This document shows positions 51,209 through 64,000 of a stretch of 64,000 nt of DNA, one piece after another. This DNA is from Ginglymostoma cirratum (lineage: Eukaryota). The notes beneath the pieces are model-generated. The model searched no databases. It saw only the letters and a program-made list of their open reading frames with translations, and was not told where the DNA came from. The translations under genes were made by a program, and so were the position numbers. The stretch is taken from the NCBI GenBank assembly GCA_024137785.1, contig JAHRHZ010000073.1:5194250-5258249 (forward strand), read 5' to 3'. Each line of letters starts with the position of its first letter. The stretch's first letter is position 1.

Positions 51209-54059
51209 TTGAATCCCAAGTCATCTGACTTAAAAACACGAGTGCTACCACTGAGCAAAATCTGACACCCAAGTGAGCTAAGTGATCAGTTAATCTAAGA
51301 TATTTTCACAAGTTAATACTTAATGTAATTGAGTAGCCTACTGACTTTATCTTGTGTTTCATGTTAGTTAGCTAAGAGACAAGAGGTTAGGTATGTTTTT
51401 GTTAACATTAAAATACAAGTCATGGGATATGAGACAACTTTGTGAAACCTTGAAAGATTCTTCCAAAAATGGGAGTCGGCTTACATGGCTGATGGTCTTG
51501 ATGTAGGTAGTCACCATATTGAATTATGCTAATAAAAACAAAACCAGTAATTCAAGTTAAATCAATGTGACACATTTCAGGGCATGAATTAATTCTACGA
51601 GGATATCTTTACCCATAAACTAAATATTTAAACAACTTTAAATTTAATATCTTTGACGTCCAAATTAAAGGGTTCATCAAATTCATTTTGAGTCATTTGG
51701 GTTATGATATCATTAGGATCTTACTAGACTAGAACAAATCATCCACAATAAATCATTTCACTCTCATCCATTAACTTGGAGATTCTAAATTTTCTGAAGG
51801 GTCTGACAACAGTTCGCGCATTAAGAACATGCAATAATTTGGTAACAAAACAAAACATCAAGGAGGCACCATGCATATTTTCACTCTGTAAAGGTTATTT
51901 CTGAACATCTGTCCATATCTATCTATCTCCTTTAGCATGAACATGATCCTCGAATGGCTTACTGCAGCACATGTCCAAAAGTAAACTCTCTGGCATAGCT
52001 GCGACGTGGGTGTTGTTTCTTCACAAGCAGCACTTGATCGCATTTGTCAAACGGCATATGTACATATCCCACATTGACAAGAAACTGTTTTTTTATGTGG
52101 GCCAGAGGAATGCCTGTTCCACAAATTATCAATCCGCGACTTCAATCCACTCTCATCAAACCATTGTCATGGACAAGTATAAAATTCTCAGGAAACCTGA
52201 TTTTTGATATTGCCTTGTGTTTAAAAATTATAATAGGCATTTATTTTGTTCTTTTAACCATGCAGGATAGTACCACTGCAAATCTCACTTTCTCATGGCC
52301 TGTGCTTTTCAAATAAATTGCCATCAAACATTTCCACCACACCATTCAGTTGTTGGACATAATGAAATTCATCAGCATTTTATCCACGTCACCAATGTGA
52401 CACAACGGAGATTTGTGTCTTTGCGCTGTCTGATAACGAATAGCTAGAACTAGCAAAATTGGCAAAGATCTTTTGCTCGCTTTTGAGTGATGAGTCTTCA
52501 ATCAAACTATTTTTGCTCTATAACATGGCTATCCAAACTACAAGTTACTCTGAAACCTTCACTAGACTCCGGGTTTGATTTGGTTTATTTAAGCACATTT
52601 CTATGCAGTAAATTTCAGGAGATGTCATCACCATTCTGACGATTTTCAAGTAGACATTCTGATAAATGTTTCTTTAGATCTGACCAGTGGCAGGTTACTA
52701 GTATCATGGTGCATTTGGCTTGGACATCCTCTTCAAGACAGATTGTCTCCCACATTTTACCAATACCGAATTCCCTCACTGCAACAGTTACCTGACAAGT
52801 TAACAAATCTTATGACTTCTGGCTTGCAACTGCCTTTACAGGGATTTTTTTTTTGCTAGAGATGATTGCTGTTTGTCACTTACTATACATGGTCTGCTCC
52901 GTGTGGGCCTCTCTTGAAAACTCATGCATCTTTTTGACAACACAGCACATTGCCTGATTGATCACACATTACCTTATAAATGTGAGCGAAACATGCATTT
53001 CTGAAGTGAAAAATAAAATCAACTCCTACCGAAAGTATAGGATTACTTAGCAGAAAAGGGGGTCTCAGACTCGTATGCATAGCACAAGCCTAACCATGAA
53101 TTTTGGCGCTCGGAAAAATGGGATCAGCTTATGCACTGGGTCACTTTATAATTCATGATCTACGACAATTGGTTTTAAAATACACACAATGTGCTCAATT
53201 CTCCCCAATTTGGAAACAGTGCAGAAATGATAATATCTCAAGCAGTTCATGCCTGAACTTTAGTAACTGTACAATTTACCATCATACCTAAATCAGAATT
53301 GGCATATATTAGTTATGTAAATACGACAACTCTTCCTTTGTATCTGACGCTGAGTACCTTCAAAACACATTACAATCAACCCTCTCCTTGGTGTAAAAAG
53401 GAAAAAACTTCCAGTGCAATTAAGCATTTTAAAAACTTAAGATTTATGAAACAAAAATGTCTTTCTGCATTGTAAAGGCTCATTATACAACATAAATAGC
53501 AGCATTACAAGAAACAAAAGCCTAGAATTGAAAAACAAAGGAAATGGAAACTGGCACAACACAGTCATAACATCTCATTACTTTGGTACATGAACATAAT
53601 CCAACTATAGTCATTCTGAATTAAGCAGATTATATATAATCTCATTACACATCCTGTCATGTTAAAAATCTTGCAGACAGAATACACTTCCTGATCATAT
53701 TTCAAATGTTCCAAGTTAGTATATCTTCCAACTCACTACAAGCGTGCTGCAAGAGATTTGTTAGCATATGTACATAGGCATTTTTTGAAAAAAAGTTCCC
53801 GAAAAGCACATCTCAGCTTTGACGCTTTGGCACGTGATATCTTAGAAACAGCCATTTACGTCTGGAAAAAAAAAACAAAAATCTGCATAAAGGAGAATGG
53901 CTTTAGAATAGTTAGATGGCTGTTTCCAGCCACCGCATATTCAACCAGCCAAAGAACTTTTTTTCCATGCTGTAGACTTCGAACTCCACAACAATAACCA
54001 AACCAGCAGGTAATAAATAAATAAAACGCATTACGTGGTACAGTGTTTTATAGTTAAAA

Positions 54060-54640
54060 GAAAATAAGAAATAGAAGTCAGTGTAGGTCATACGGACCCT
54101 AAAGATAATTCAGTCATTTAACAAGATCATGGCTGATTGATAGTTTTTTTTAGCCAAAAAGAATTAGGTGATTTAAGAAATGGAAAGTAAAGTTGAAGCT
54201 ATCAATTTCAGTCTGAAATATACTTATCATCTATACTTTCAAAACACTCTGGGCTAGGAAACTCCAAAAATTTCTAACTTTTAAGTGAGGAAATTACTCA
54301 TCTTCATTCCCTTATCCTGAAACTATGCATCCTTGTTCTAGACTTGTAAGTTAAAGACACAATCTCACACACCTGCCCTATCCAGCTCCTGCAGAATCTT
54401 AAATGTTTCAATTAGATTACTTCACAATAGTTATAACTTAGAGACTATAGGGTCATTTTACTTAACCTCTTCTGACAGAATAGCCTTATCAACCTTAGTA
54501 ACCAATCTAAGTATAACTTAACTGCAAACTCTCGAAAACATGTATATCCTTCCAGAGGTTCTGGTACCAAATCTGTACAGTACTCTAGTTGTGGTCTCAC
54601 AGAATCCTTCTACAAATGAAACAAGACACATTTACTTTTA
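54060..54640 (-). mobile_element. Decayed CR1-type LINE 3' fragment
   Basis: Same family as 10745-11450. Confidence 0.6.
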
Positions 54641-54659
54641 ACAAAGGTTCTTTTGGTAC

Positions 54660-55047
54660 GTAGGGGAAGCAGTGGCATATGGTGATGCTACTAGTTGTGC
54701 TCCACAGTTTCAGGCTAATGCTTTAGAGACGAGTGTTTAAATCCCATCACAGCTTGTGATGCAAGCTGAGTTTAATAAAATCTAGAATAAAAATAAAATG
54801 CTCATCTAACGACATCCATGTACCATGGCTACCTCTCGTGAAAAGAATCTGATTCACTAATGTTCTTTAGGAACAGAAATCTGTCATCCTTACCTGGTCA
54901 GCCTACATGTAATTGACAAGCTACATCGATCTGACTGACTCTTAACTGCCTTTTGAAATGCCAAACCACTCAGTTCAAGGACAACTAATGATGGGCAACA
55001 AATACCAGCCTTCCCAGCAATGTCCATAGCCCATAGAAGAATAAAGA
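54660..55047 (+). mobile_element. tRNA-head SINE (DeuSINE-like)
   Basis: Homologous to 23233 and 29695 copies. Confidence 0.65.
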
Positions 55048-55619
55048 AAATGCTGGTGTTTTTCCGAGTACAAGCACCCATAATCTGTGAGAATTTCAAG
55101 ATTTAATAGTTGTTCATCATGTGAATTTCTATTCTTCTGACCAGATGTCAGTCTTTCAATTCTCTACATTGGGCAAAAAAGTGGCAGATGGAATACACTG
55201 ACATACCTTGACTAAATCACACTCTACAGAGAGTCTTTATATTCTCCTCACAGTTTACTTTCCCACCTAGTTTTGTATCATCTTAACACTTGAATTTTTA
55301 TTATTTAATATTGATTGTTGTTTTATTCCTCCTTAGGGCATTCCAGTTCTAACAACTTGCCATCATAAAAAAAATACACTTATTCTGACCCTCTTTTCTG
55401 GGCTTTAAACAGTCCTCTATCCATGCTAATAAATTATCACTATCACCACAATATCATAACTTGCGCAATAATCTTTAATGTGGCATCGTGTAAAATAATT
55501 TTTGAAAATCTAAATTTACAACATTCAATGGTACCTCATTATCCATTCTGGCAGTCACACCTGCAAAATATCTTAAACAATTTGATAAACATAATTTTCC
55601 TTTCATAAATCCACATTGA

Positions 55620-56655
55620 GCAGAGTCAACCAGCTACGGTAAGAGTGACTTCCCTTGACATCAAGGAACCTGAGCAAAACTGAGGTCAACAGAAATCATG
55701 GCAAAGCTCTCCCCAGTTAGAGTCACACATGGTACATAGTAAGATGACTGCAGTTGTCAATTAGCTCAGTCCCAGGACATCTCTGCAGCTGTTTCTCAGA
55801 ATAGTGCTCCAGGTCCAACCATCTTCAGCTTCTCACCAACACAAGGTCAAAAGTGGAGAAATCCACTGATGATTGCACAATGTTCTATTTGTAACTCCTG
55901 AAATACCGAAGTAGGCTGTGTCAATACGCAGCAAGATCTGGACAACACTTAGGTTTGGCCTGATAAGTGGTGAGTGGTATTCATGCCATGCAATGACCAT
56001 AGCCACAAGAGAGATTCTAACTACTTCCACTCACTGTTCAACGACATTATCATTTCTGAAATCCTCACGATTAACACCCTGAACATTACCATTGACAAAC
56101 AAATAAATATTAAGGCTACTAAGTACAGCATGTCAGAGTCTAATAATTCAGCTGCAAGTAAATCACCTCCAGACTCCCCAGAATTTGTCCAACTGCAATG
56201 CACTATGCAGGGGTGCACCGGAATACTCCCTGTTTTGCCTGGACTAGTGCAGCTCCTACAACAATAAAGCAGCTTGAAACCACTCTGATCAAAGAGCTCA
56301 TGTGATTGGAACTCCATCCAGCCACCAACACATAGTGGTGGTGCATGCTGTCTTTAGGACACACTGCATCAACTCACCATGGCAGCAGTTTCCAAACCTG
56401 CAAATTCTACACCTTGAAAGGAAATAGCAGCATATCCATGGGACCACTACGACCTGCACATTTCGTCCAAGCCACGTACCACCCTGATTCGCCATTCTTT
56501 CACTGTTACTGGTCTGAATCCTGGAACTCACTTCCCTACAGCGTATTAACTGCAACAATTCAAGAGGCAGCTCACCACCACCTCAAGGGCAGTTTAGGAT
56601 GGACAATAAACAATGGCCCGGTCACACATCCTGTGGATGAACGAAAGTAGAAAAA
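55620..56655 (+). mobile_element. LINE (CR1/L2 group) RT to 3' end
   Basis: Homologous to 3496-4085 and 6685-7460; carries the tail shared with the SINE family. Confidence 0.7.
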
Positions 56656-58409
56656 CACATTACTGCCACTTCCTTAATAATGGAATTCAGCATGTTTCTA
56701 ATAACTGTTAACAGGCAAATGGGTCTGCAGTTCCTCATTTTCTTTCGCCCATTTTTTCTTCAATTATAACACCACATTCCAATTCACTAACGCTTTTCAG
56801 AACCAAGGAAGTTTTGGAAGATGAAGACCTGTACATCAACTACATTTACAACCACCTCTTTTAGAATCCTACATCTGTAGGCAAACAAGTCCAAGGGACT
56901 TGTCAGCTTTCATTCCCAATAATTTCTCCAGTACTACTTTATCAATACTGAGTACTTTTGAGTTGCTCACTCTCATTAGACAATTGGTTCACCACTATGA
57001 GATATTTTTGATGTCTTCAACCATGAAATCAAACAAATGTGTTTAGCATCTCCATCTCTTTATTTACTTCTCATTTCACTTTCACCAGTCTTTGAATAAG
57101 GGACTAAATATTAACTTTGCTACCTTCACACTTCCTACATATTTGAAATCTGAAATTCTGAAACTCCATCTTTGGTCAGTTTACTCTCATGTTCTGCTTA
57201 TTGACCTTCTCAGCTTTTTGGTCCTGCCTAAAAACTTCCCAGTCCTCAGACTTACCACTCCTCCTGGCAATATTTTAAGATTCTTATTTCATTGGAATAC
57301 TACCTTTAACCTCTATAATTAGCCACAGATGAATCGCTTTCCTTGTGTGATGCAAATTCATTGAGAACTATGAAATACTTCTTTAAACATTCACAATTAC
57401 TCACAACATGTCTAATTTTCCATTCCACCTTAGCCAACCCACTCTCATACCTATGTATTTAGTTTCATTTAAGTCCAATACTTCAGTCACACTATAATCA
57501 CCTTCCCCAAAAGATATCATGCCGTAAAATTACAACTTAACCCTATGCCATTACACAGAACATTGTCAAAATATCCTCTTCTGTTTGCTATCATAACTTA
57601 TTGTTCTAAAAATCCACATCAAATGCAAACTACTTTAATCCTTTTGATTAATAAGGCTGAAATACAATTTGCTGCTTATTAAGAGTTGACCAATGTATCC
57701 ACAATGCTCTACAATACTGTTAAAAAGTGGATTGTTGGCAGAACAAATGGCCAGCATATGTGCTCATTTACGAACCAACAAGGTGTACATGAACAAGCTG
57801 AATACATCTACCAAGATTCTAAACCGATGGTCAAGAGCTGCAAACGAAAGCCTACATCGGGCAGAACAGGAGTGTTGCTAGGCCTTTGAGTAAAATTGCA
57901 GAACTACCATATATGAAAGGTGATCAAGCAATAATTTGCCAAGCCTCTCCTTCACCTCATTTATGAACTATTTTTAAGCCTGAACTGTTTGAGTGACTAC
58001 AGTGCAATTAAAAGGAAGAGTGACTCAGTTGATCACTAAGGCAGCTGCAATCAAAGTGATTTTGACCATACAGCTCGTGTCTGTTTTATGGAAAAGATTT
58101 TACATTTTGACAGAGTAATGTATAGGTAAATTACATTAACTATTGATAGTTTAACTTGTAGTTGAAATATATCAAAGTAAATAAAGTTTGACTTCTGTCT
58201 CATGGTTTATTTGTGTTGTTACCAAGTTACCTTCTGGAACTGTTTTCTCCCCTCTTATTCTTTCATGCGATTTACACATCAGATTGAAAAGTCATGAAAA
58301 TGCATGGCACATTGACCACAAGGAAAACAGAAAACAAAAGAGGCAGCTTTTCTTGCCTTTACCTAGTTGTCAATGGGTTAGTAAAGCAATTATCAACGAA
58401 CAGAGCATT

Positions 58410-58685
58410 TTACTGACAAGCACAATGCTGTGGGTCTGGAATCACATGTAGGCCATACCAGGTATGGATGGCATATTCCCTTCCCGAAAGGGCAATAGTT
58501 GACTTGATGGATTTTAACAACATTTTGTTGATGGTTTCAGGGTTACCGTTAACTGATTAATTTTTAATTCCAGATGTGATTTATTGAATTTAAACCATGG
58601 TGGCAATTAAACCCGTGCCCCCAGAGCAACTGTCCAGGCCTTTGGATTAACACTCCAGCAACATTACCACAACCCAGTACTCCCT
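58410..58685 (-). mobile_element. SINE fragment (DeuSINE-like), reverse
   Basis: ctgtgggtctggaatcacatgtaggcc...ccaggtatggatggcatattcccttcc is the reverse of the SINE core. Confidence 0.55.
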
Positions 58686-61600
58686 AGAGTAATAAGTATC
58701 AGCTAGAGATTGGAGATCCAGAAGAAACAAAAACACATGGTACAACTCAGCCTAATGAAAAACCAAACCTAGGAGGGAAAAAAAGGATGAAATTATGGCG
58801 ACATGCCATGCAGACAAAATACTCTGCTGAGGGAGAGCATACATTCAACAGTCCCAAGCATTCAGTGCACAGGGTCCAGGAATGAATGCAGAAGCCTATT
58901 TGTAAACAGCAGAGTTAGTAACCTCCAGGTAACCTAAAGAGTTGCTTCAGAGAAAATGGAGTTGAAAGCTAAAACTAGTGATAGATTGGTGGACTGATTA
59001 CTGAAAAATGAGAGGCATGAAAATATGAGGAAGAGAGAGCAATACGGTGTACACAAGAACAACACTTGACAGTATAACAAGTTGAGGACAGGGAAAAATA
59101 CAGTTGGAAGAATGACAGCCAACAGCAATCAGCAAAAAATATGGTACATATAGAAAATAGAAAACTTAAAAGCAGCCATGTGAAGTGAACAATTAGATCA
59201 TGCAGCAGTCAATGGTCACTCTCAAACAAGGAACGGGTCTAAAAGTGACCAGGCTACAAAGCAGAAAAATGCTCATAGTTGGCTTACCAAGAATGGTTGT
59301 GGAAATGTCATAGCCTTTGGATCAGGATCAACTGGAAATAACAGAATTGGCACATAGAGTGTAATCATAAATTAAAATGGAACATTACACTTTAGTTACA
59401 AGCAAAACCATACAACTCCAATAAGCGATACGTACCGATCTAGATTAGGCAGAGTATGCACTAACAGCCCTTTTGTTTTCTTATTCCCTCATGTTTTATG
59501 TTCCATACATCTTCATGACCTCTCAAACTATCCAAAAACGTTAGCATGGATCCAGTTTTTGGAGTTTTTCTCCATCACTTACGGCACTGAGGTCTCCCAA
59601 AGTCTTTTACTTTCTCAAAGGTAATCTGGATTGATTATTGACAAGCTCTTTTGCCTTGTAAAGGTTCACTTTTAAATTCTACCTTTGATGCCATTCACCT
59701 ACCATTCACTTCTTGAGACCTTCACACATACCTTCTGTTGCTGATCAAATCCGGCCCTTCCTTCCCCATATTATCTCAAACTGTTCTCAATGGCTAGTTC
59801 TATAAGAATATTCTACCTCTAATATTTGAAATGAACTTGCAGATGTTTCAGTTTATGCAGCTTGTCCACTGTCAATTACTAAGTTTAAAATTGTTCACAA
59901 GGCCTGTTAACAAATTGTTATGACCACTTAATCCAAAATCCTTGCTTCTTTTCAAACTGGTGAATTAACTTCTACGCTACTTTTACAACTGAAATAAGCA
60001 AGATTAAATGAAAAGCACACAGCTTTGCAGCCTGGCTATGTTCTGACTGAAGATCACAGACCCAAATGGTAACTTGGGCTTTTGGCCCACAGATGCTAAC
60101 ACACCTAAGAATTTCCAATCTATTTTGTTTTTACATAAAGACATTTACTAGATTCAACATGGTCAAACCAATAGCCAAGAGTTAAAAACAAAATTTTATA
60201 ATGATGGACTTGGCCATCCAGAATATAGGCAGGGCTTTGGCGCCAGATTTTGAGAGCTGCTGTGCAACAATGGTAGGTCAAACAATCACCAGCAGAAGCC
60301 ATGCCCTCATCCCATCTATCAGCTGTGAATCGATCTGAAGAATTTTTTTGTTGCACCAAGGAAAGTCTGACCTGGTCAGTCACTAAATTAAACACCTTCC
60401 AGTGTCTGTCTACTTAACGGTTGAATGATGATGTGTTTGTTAAATTTTTATAGTGTAACTTACAGATACAATGGATTCAGAAGGATAGTGTAACTTGGGT
60501 GAAAGTACATTACCTCTTGAGTGCATCATGAAGTTGAAATATATACAAATAAACAGTTGTGGTTTAAGTTCTGTCTGACTGGTTCTGTCTTGGTTTTAGT
60601 AAACTTTGAGTCCAAATATCCATATGTATAAGCATATTTGTAACAAGTAAAGGTTACAAATATGAAAATTAAAGCAAACTGGTGCGCTGGCTTTGCTATC
60701 AGCTCCTTCAATTAATAAGTTGCCTAACAGCAAAACTATTGTTAGTGTACTACAAAACTGCTCATATCGACATCTTCCAACTCAATATTTGTCTACAGTG
60801 AACCTACTTCCTTTTCCTTCAATTATTATCAAGACTACCCTTTGCTTTACAATATCAGTGTTTCGTTTGAATCAAACACCTTGAAAGCAGAATTTTCCTA
60901 ACCACAGCCATGATATATGGTACCCTTTTAACTGCCTTGCTCACTGTCACAGCCTGCTGCTGCTAATCACTAGCCAGATATTTACCACCTCCCAAAAAAA
61001 AAGGGTATGACAGCCTCCTGGATTTAAATGCCCAGGTAACCATCACCCTCCTTGAAACCCTGTAATATCTGCACTTTTAAATCTAAACATATCTCAAGTT
61101 CCTGAAGACACAGACAGCAGATATGTAGATGGATGTGTTTGTCTGGGATCACAAAGATCTCCAAAAACTTCCAAAAAGAAAAGCTGTTGCAGCAGGCCAA
61201 CAGCACTGCTATTCCAAAATAGCCATTGTTTCATTTATTTAATTAGGCTACGTATTTAAACAACTCAGCTTAAAAATTTCAAAAATAGATATCTGAACTA
61301 ATTTAAGATGCCAGCAGGTTAAATTAAGTATTTATCTGTAACTCAAACTACTGGAGGTATAGAAGGTGAACTGTAATTCCTTCTTCCAACTGCGCCCCAG
61401 TTCCTATTTGCCCAAATTCAGAACTTTTTCCCTCTGCAATGCACTGTTTTGTTACTATGCTGGACTGAATTTTCAAACCCACCTTTCAGGGAAAGAAAAT
61501 CTTTGGATTCGTAACAACATAATAAAATAGGCTTTCAGTAAGTGTACTTTGTTCACAAATAAAATGTACAATATCTGATGTTAACTACAGTCTGCGAACT

Positions 61601-61718
61601 TGGTTATTTAGTCTCTACTTTAGCAATATCTTGCTCAACCAGCTGAAGTGCAGATATCATACAAAGTTGATAAACAGTGAAATGATGTCTAGGTAAAACG
61701 ATCAAAAACACTGAACTG

Positions 61719-61902
61719 AGAAATCAGAGTTAACGTTTTGGGTCCAGTGACCGTCCTTCAGGTCCTTCTGAGGGAGGGTCACCGGACCCGAAACGTTAAC
61801 TGATTTCTCGTCACAGATGCTGCCAAACCTGCTGAGCTTTTCCAGCAACTTCTGTCTTTGATTCTGATTTACAGCGTCCACAGTTATTCAGTTTTTTAAA
61901 AA
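61719..61902. mobile_element. Palindromic Penelope-like insert
   Basis: gttaacgttttgggtccagtgacc / gggtcaccggacccgaaacgttaac inverted; actgaactg at 61710-61718 and 61903-61911. Confidence 0.7.
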
Positions 61903-62060
61903 ACTGAACTGTTATTTTTCATGACCATTTATAAAGTATGTACTCCAAGTTGGTCAACATGAATGACTTAATTTTAAAAAAAGCTTCCCAATTTCTTTTT
62001 TTAATTACCTGTTTCACATTTGGATTTGAAGACCTCTACATGAGATAGCTACCAATCTCG

Positions 62061-62230
62061 AAGATGGCAAGGAAGCTTTCACCACAAACAACCCACTAGC
62101 TTGACATAACATTTTGACGCAAGAAACTTGTATATATATAAAAAATGTATAATTAGTACTTTTGTTTTGAAAGGGAGGAGTTACAAATTTTAGTTGCGCA
62201 GAGTTAAAAGTTTACAGATATAAATATGAT
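62061..62230 (+). promoter_or_regulatory. col10a1 copy 2 proximal promoter (ACCACA 62081-62086, GGAGGAG, TATAAATA 62219-62226)
   Basis: Co-linear with 14461-14620. Confidence 0.8.
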
Positions 62231-62249
62231 GCACAATCTGTTTAGAAGA

Positions 62250-62337
62250 CAGTCCTTCATCAATCTCTGCATTATTTCAGCGACTAACCTGTGAGGGATA
62301 CTGAACTGAAGCAAGGCTCTGAAATCAGAATATGCTG
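62250..62337 (+). other. col10a1: col10a1 copy 2 exon 1 (5' UTR; TSS approximate)
   Basis: Donor atatgctg|gtatgtt, homologous to the copy 1 exon 1 end. Confidence 0.7.
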
Positions 62338-62808
62338 GTATGTTTTAGCTTTAACTTTACAATAATGCTGACTTGGGAAAAGATCAAGGAAGGCGGAGGT
62401 TAACTTTTATGTATATTTACAGTAAACTACCACAACAGTTTACTTTTACAGAGCACAACAATAAATAAATCAGCGTGTCCGGTACACTTCACATTCCTAT
62501 CATGGGATGTGACCAGGTAAGATTGTCAAAACAGCACACATGCAGCATTAAGGTATTAAGCAAAATATGATCTGAAAAGCATTAAATTCCTTACCCAAGA
62601 TGTTATAGTTATCTATAAAGTCATACATCAAGAAGAACAAAAATACTTTCTTAATTTGTATACACATATTTGAATCTCAAAATAACTTCAATAATTCCAC
62701 TCAAGAGTTCAGTTCTTGAAATTCTACGAAATACAGTTAAGCTAAATTACCTTTTCAATTTATGCTCATCATGATTTTATTCACTCTTTACAGATCTGAT
62801 CAACAACC

Positions 62809-62911
62809 ATGGTTTCAAAACAAATCACTGTGTTTCTGTTATTGCTTACACTGAACGTGATCCATGGAATGGGATACAATGCCGCACATCAACGTTGGAA
62901 AGGTCATGGTG
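62809..62911 (+). CDS. col10a1: col10a1 copy 2 first coding exon (exon starts 62794): MVSKQITVFLLLLTLNVIHG/MGYNAAHQRWKGHG; the rest of the gene lies outside the window
   Basis: Acceptor ttcactctttacag|, Kozak aaccATGg, donor ggtg|gtaagt phase 1; LLLLTLNVIHG resembles mammalian COL10A1 LLLVSLNLVHG; MVSK start shared with copy 1. Confidence 0.85.
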
Positions 62912-63944
62912 GTAAGTTTAAACTTAATTTAGGATTGCTGCCTTTACTGGTTTATGTAAGACAACGCGGCAAAATGAGGCATGCCTATATTGTATAAGGG
63001 GGTTGTCAGCTTCATTCATAAGTTATTTACGTTTAAAGAATTTGTGTACATTTATTATATACTGTACATCTCTTTAAAAAGTTCAGGTGAAATGTGCAGA
63101 CAAGTTTCTATACAAGTTTCTTTGATCTCTTCAATTCATTCATTCTTCTGTGCAAACCTCTCATCATGTTTCCTTGCTGCTATGTTGACCATTTTATCAC
63201 AGATTTTCTCACCTTATTTTGTCTTCAGCTTTTACCATACAGACTATATTATACACACGTCAATTATATACTCAAAAATATAGCTCTGCAATACAAAATA
63301 TGCATATTTGTCTGCAAAGTATTGAAATATAGTATTCCATATCTACATTATACGGTATATATGTATATACACTAACATTTCAGAAAAGGTTCAGTTTCCA
63401 GACATGCAACCTAGACACACACACACCATACAAAAACATCATTGGATAATGGAACCTGTCTTCACTTTACTCATTTTCATTGGAGAGCAGATATCAGTTT
63501 TAATTCCCAGCTATTCTTAAGTGGGAAAAATTATGGACAGAGGAAGCCTATGCTCAATGAACTTTAACAATATATGGTCATTTTCATAAAGCAAGTGCAC
63601 GCATCAAGAAAGGGAGAATAAGGTCCTAAAAGTAGGGAAGCTGTAAGCACTTGGAGCAGGCAAATGGGTGAATTAGATGGAGCACAACCTCAGGGTGAGA
63701 GGTTTAGACTTGGTGCTGTGTGATTGAGGGTGCTAACATTGTGGTTGCGTCATTTAATTCCGCTGCCACTTCTTGTCGTCACCATCCAATTTTCAAGTTT
63801 TCTGAGCAATATGCATGATGCATGATGCATTAACAGGTGTGGCTTAGACCTCTTTTTACCTTTCTTTCATGCTGCTCAGAACAGACCACTAAGTAAGGTT
63901 CACACAAATTATTTCAGTTTCCAAAAGTCCCTCCATTAAAGTCC

Positions 63945-64000
63945 AGGATTAAAAACAAAGTTGCTGGAAAAGCTCAGCAGGTCTGGCAGCAGCTGTGGAG
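63945..64000. mobile_element. Start of another Penelope-like palindromic element (truncated by the window end)
   Basis: gttgctggaaaagctcagcaggtctggcagc matches 51008-51040. Confidence 0.65.

Noticed and set aside
1-64000. Exons of NT5DC1, the gene that hosts COL10A1 in an intron in other vertebrates
   Set aside because: I recognised no NT5DC1-like peptide on the minus strand. The window may be wholly intronic, but this cannot be supported from the sequence alone.

Overview
AT-rich vertebrate genomic DNA, very probably from a cartilaginous fish (shark); this is inferred from the repeat content (HE1/V-SINE-like, DeuSINE-like, CR1/L2 fragments, short Penelope-like palindromic inserts). The window holds a tandem pair of type X collagen (col10a1) paralogues on the + strand, about 47.6 kb apart. 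Copy 1 is complete: TATA ~14608, non-coding exon 1 ending at 14735, signal-peptide exon 15291-15409, and a Gly-X-Y + C1q exon 39663-41497. Copy 2 is partial: TATA ~62219, exon 1 ending at 62337, signal exon 62794-62911, then it runs off the window. The main unexpected feature is in copy 1. Its 24-kb 'intron 2' contains six short phase-1/phase-1 exons (63-96 nt) produced by tandem exon duplication. Together they would add ~153 aa of Ser/Asn/Glu-rich sequence with repeated FAM20C-type S-x-E / SSSEE motifs, ending in Ser12-Glu3 at the start of the triple helix. The predicted ~801-aa collagen X therefore carries a casein/osteopontin(SCPP)-like acidic phospho-domain that appears to have evolved convergently. 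Exon calls come from reading splice signals and reading frames by eye and need RNA evidence. Repeat boundaries and family names are approximate.
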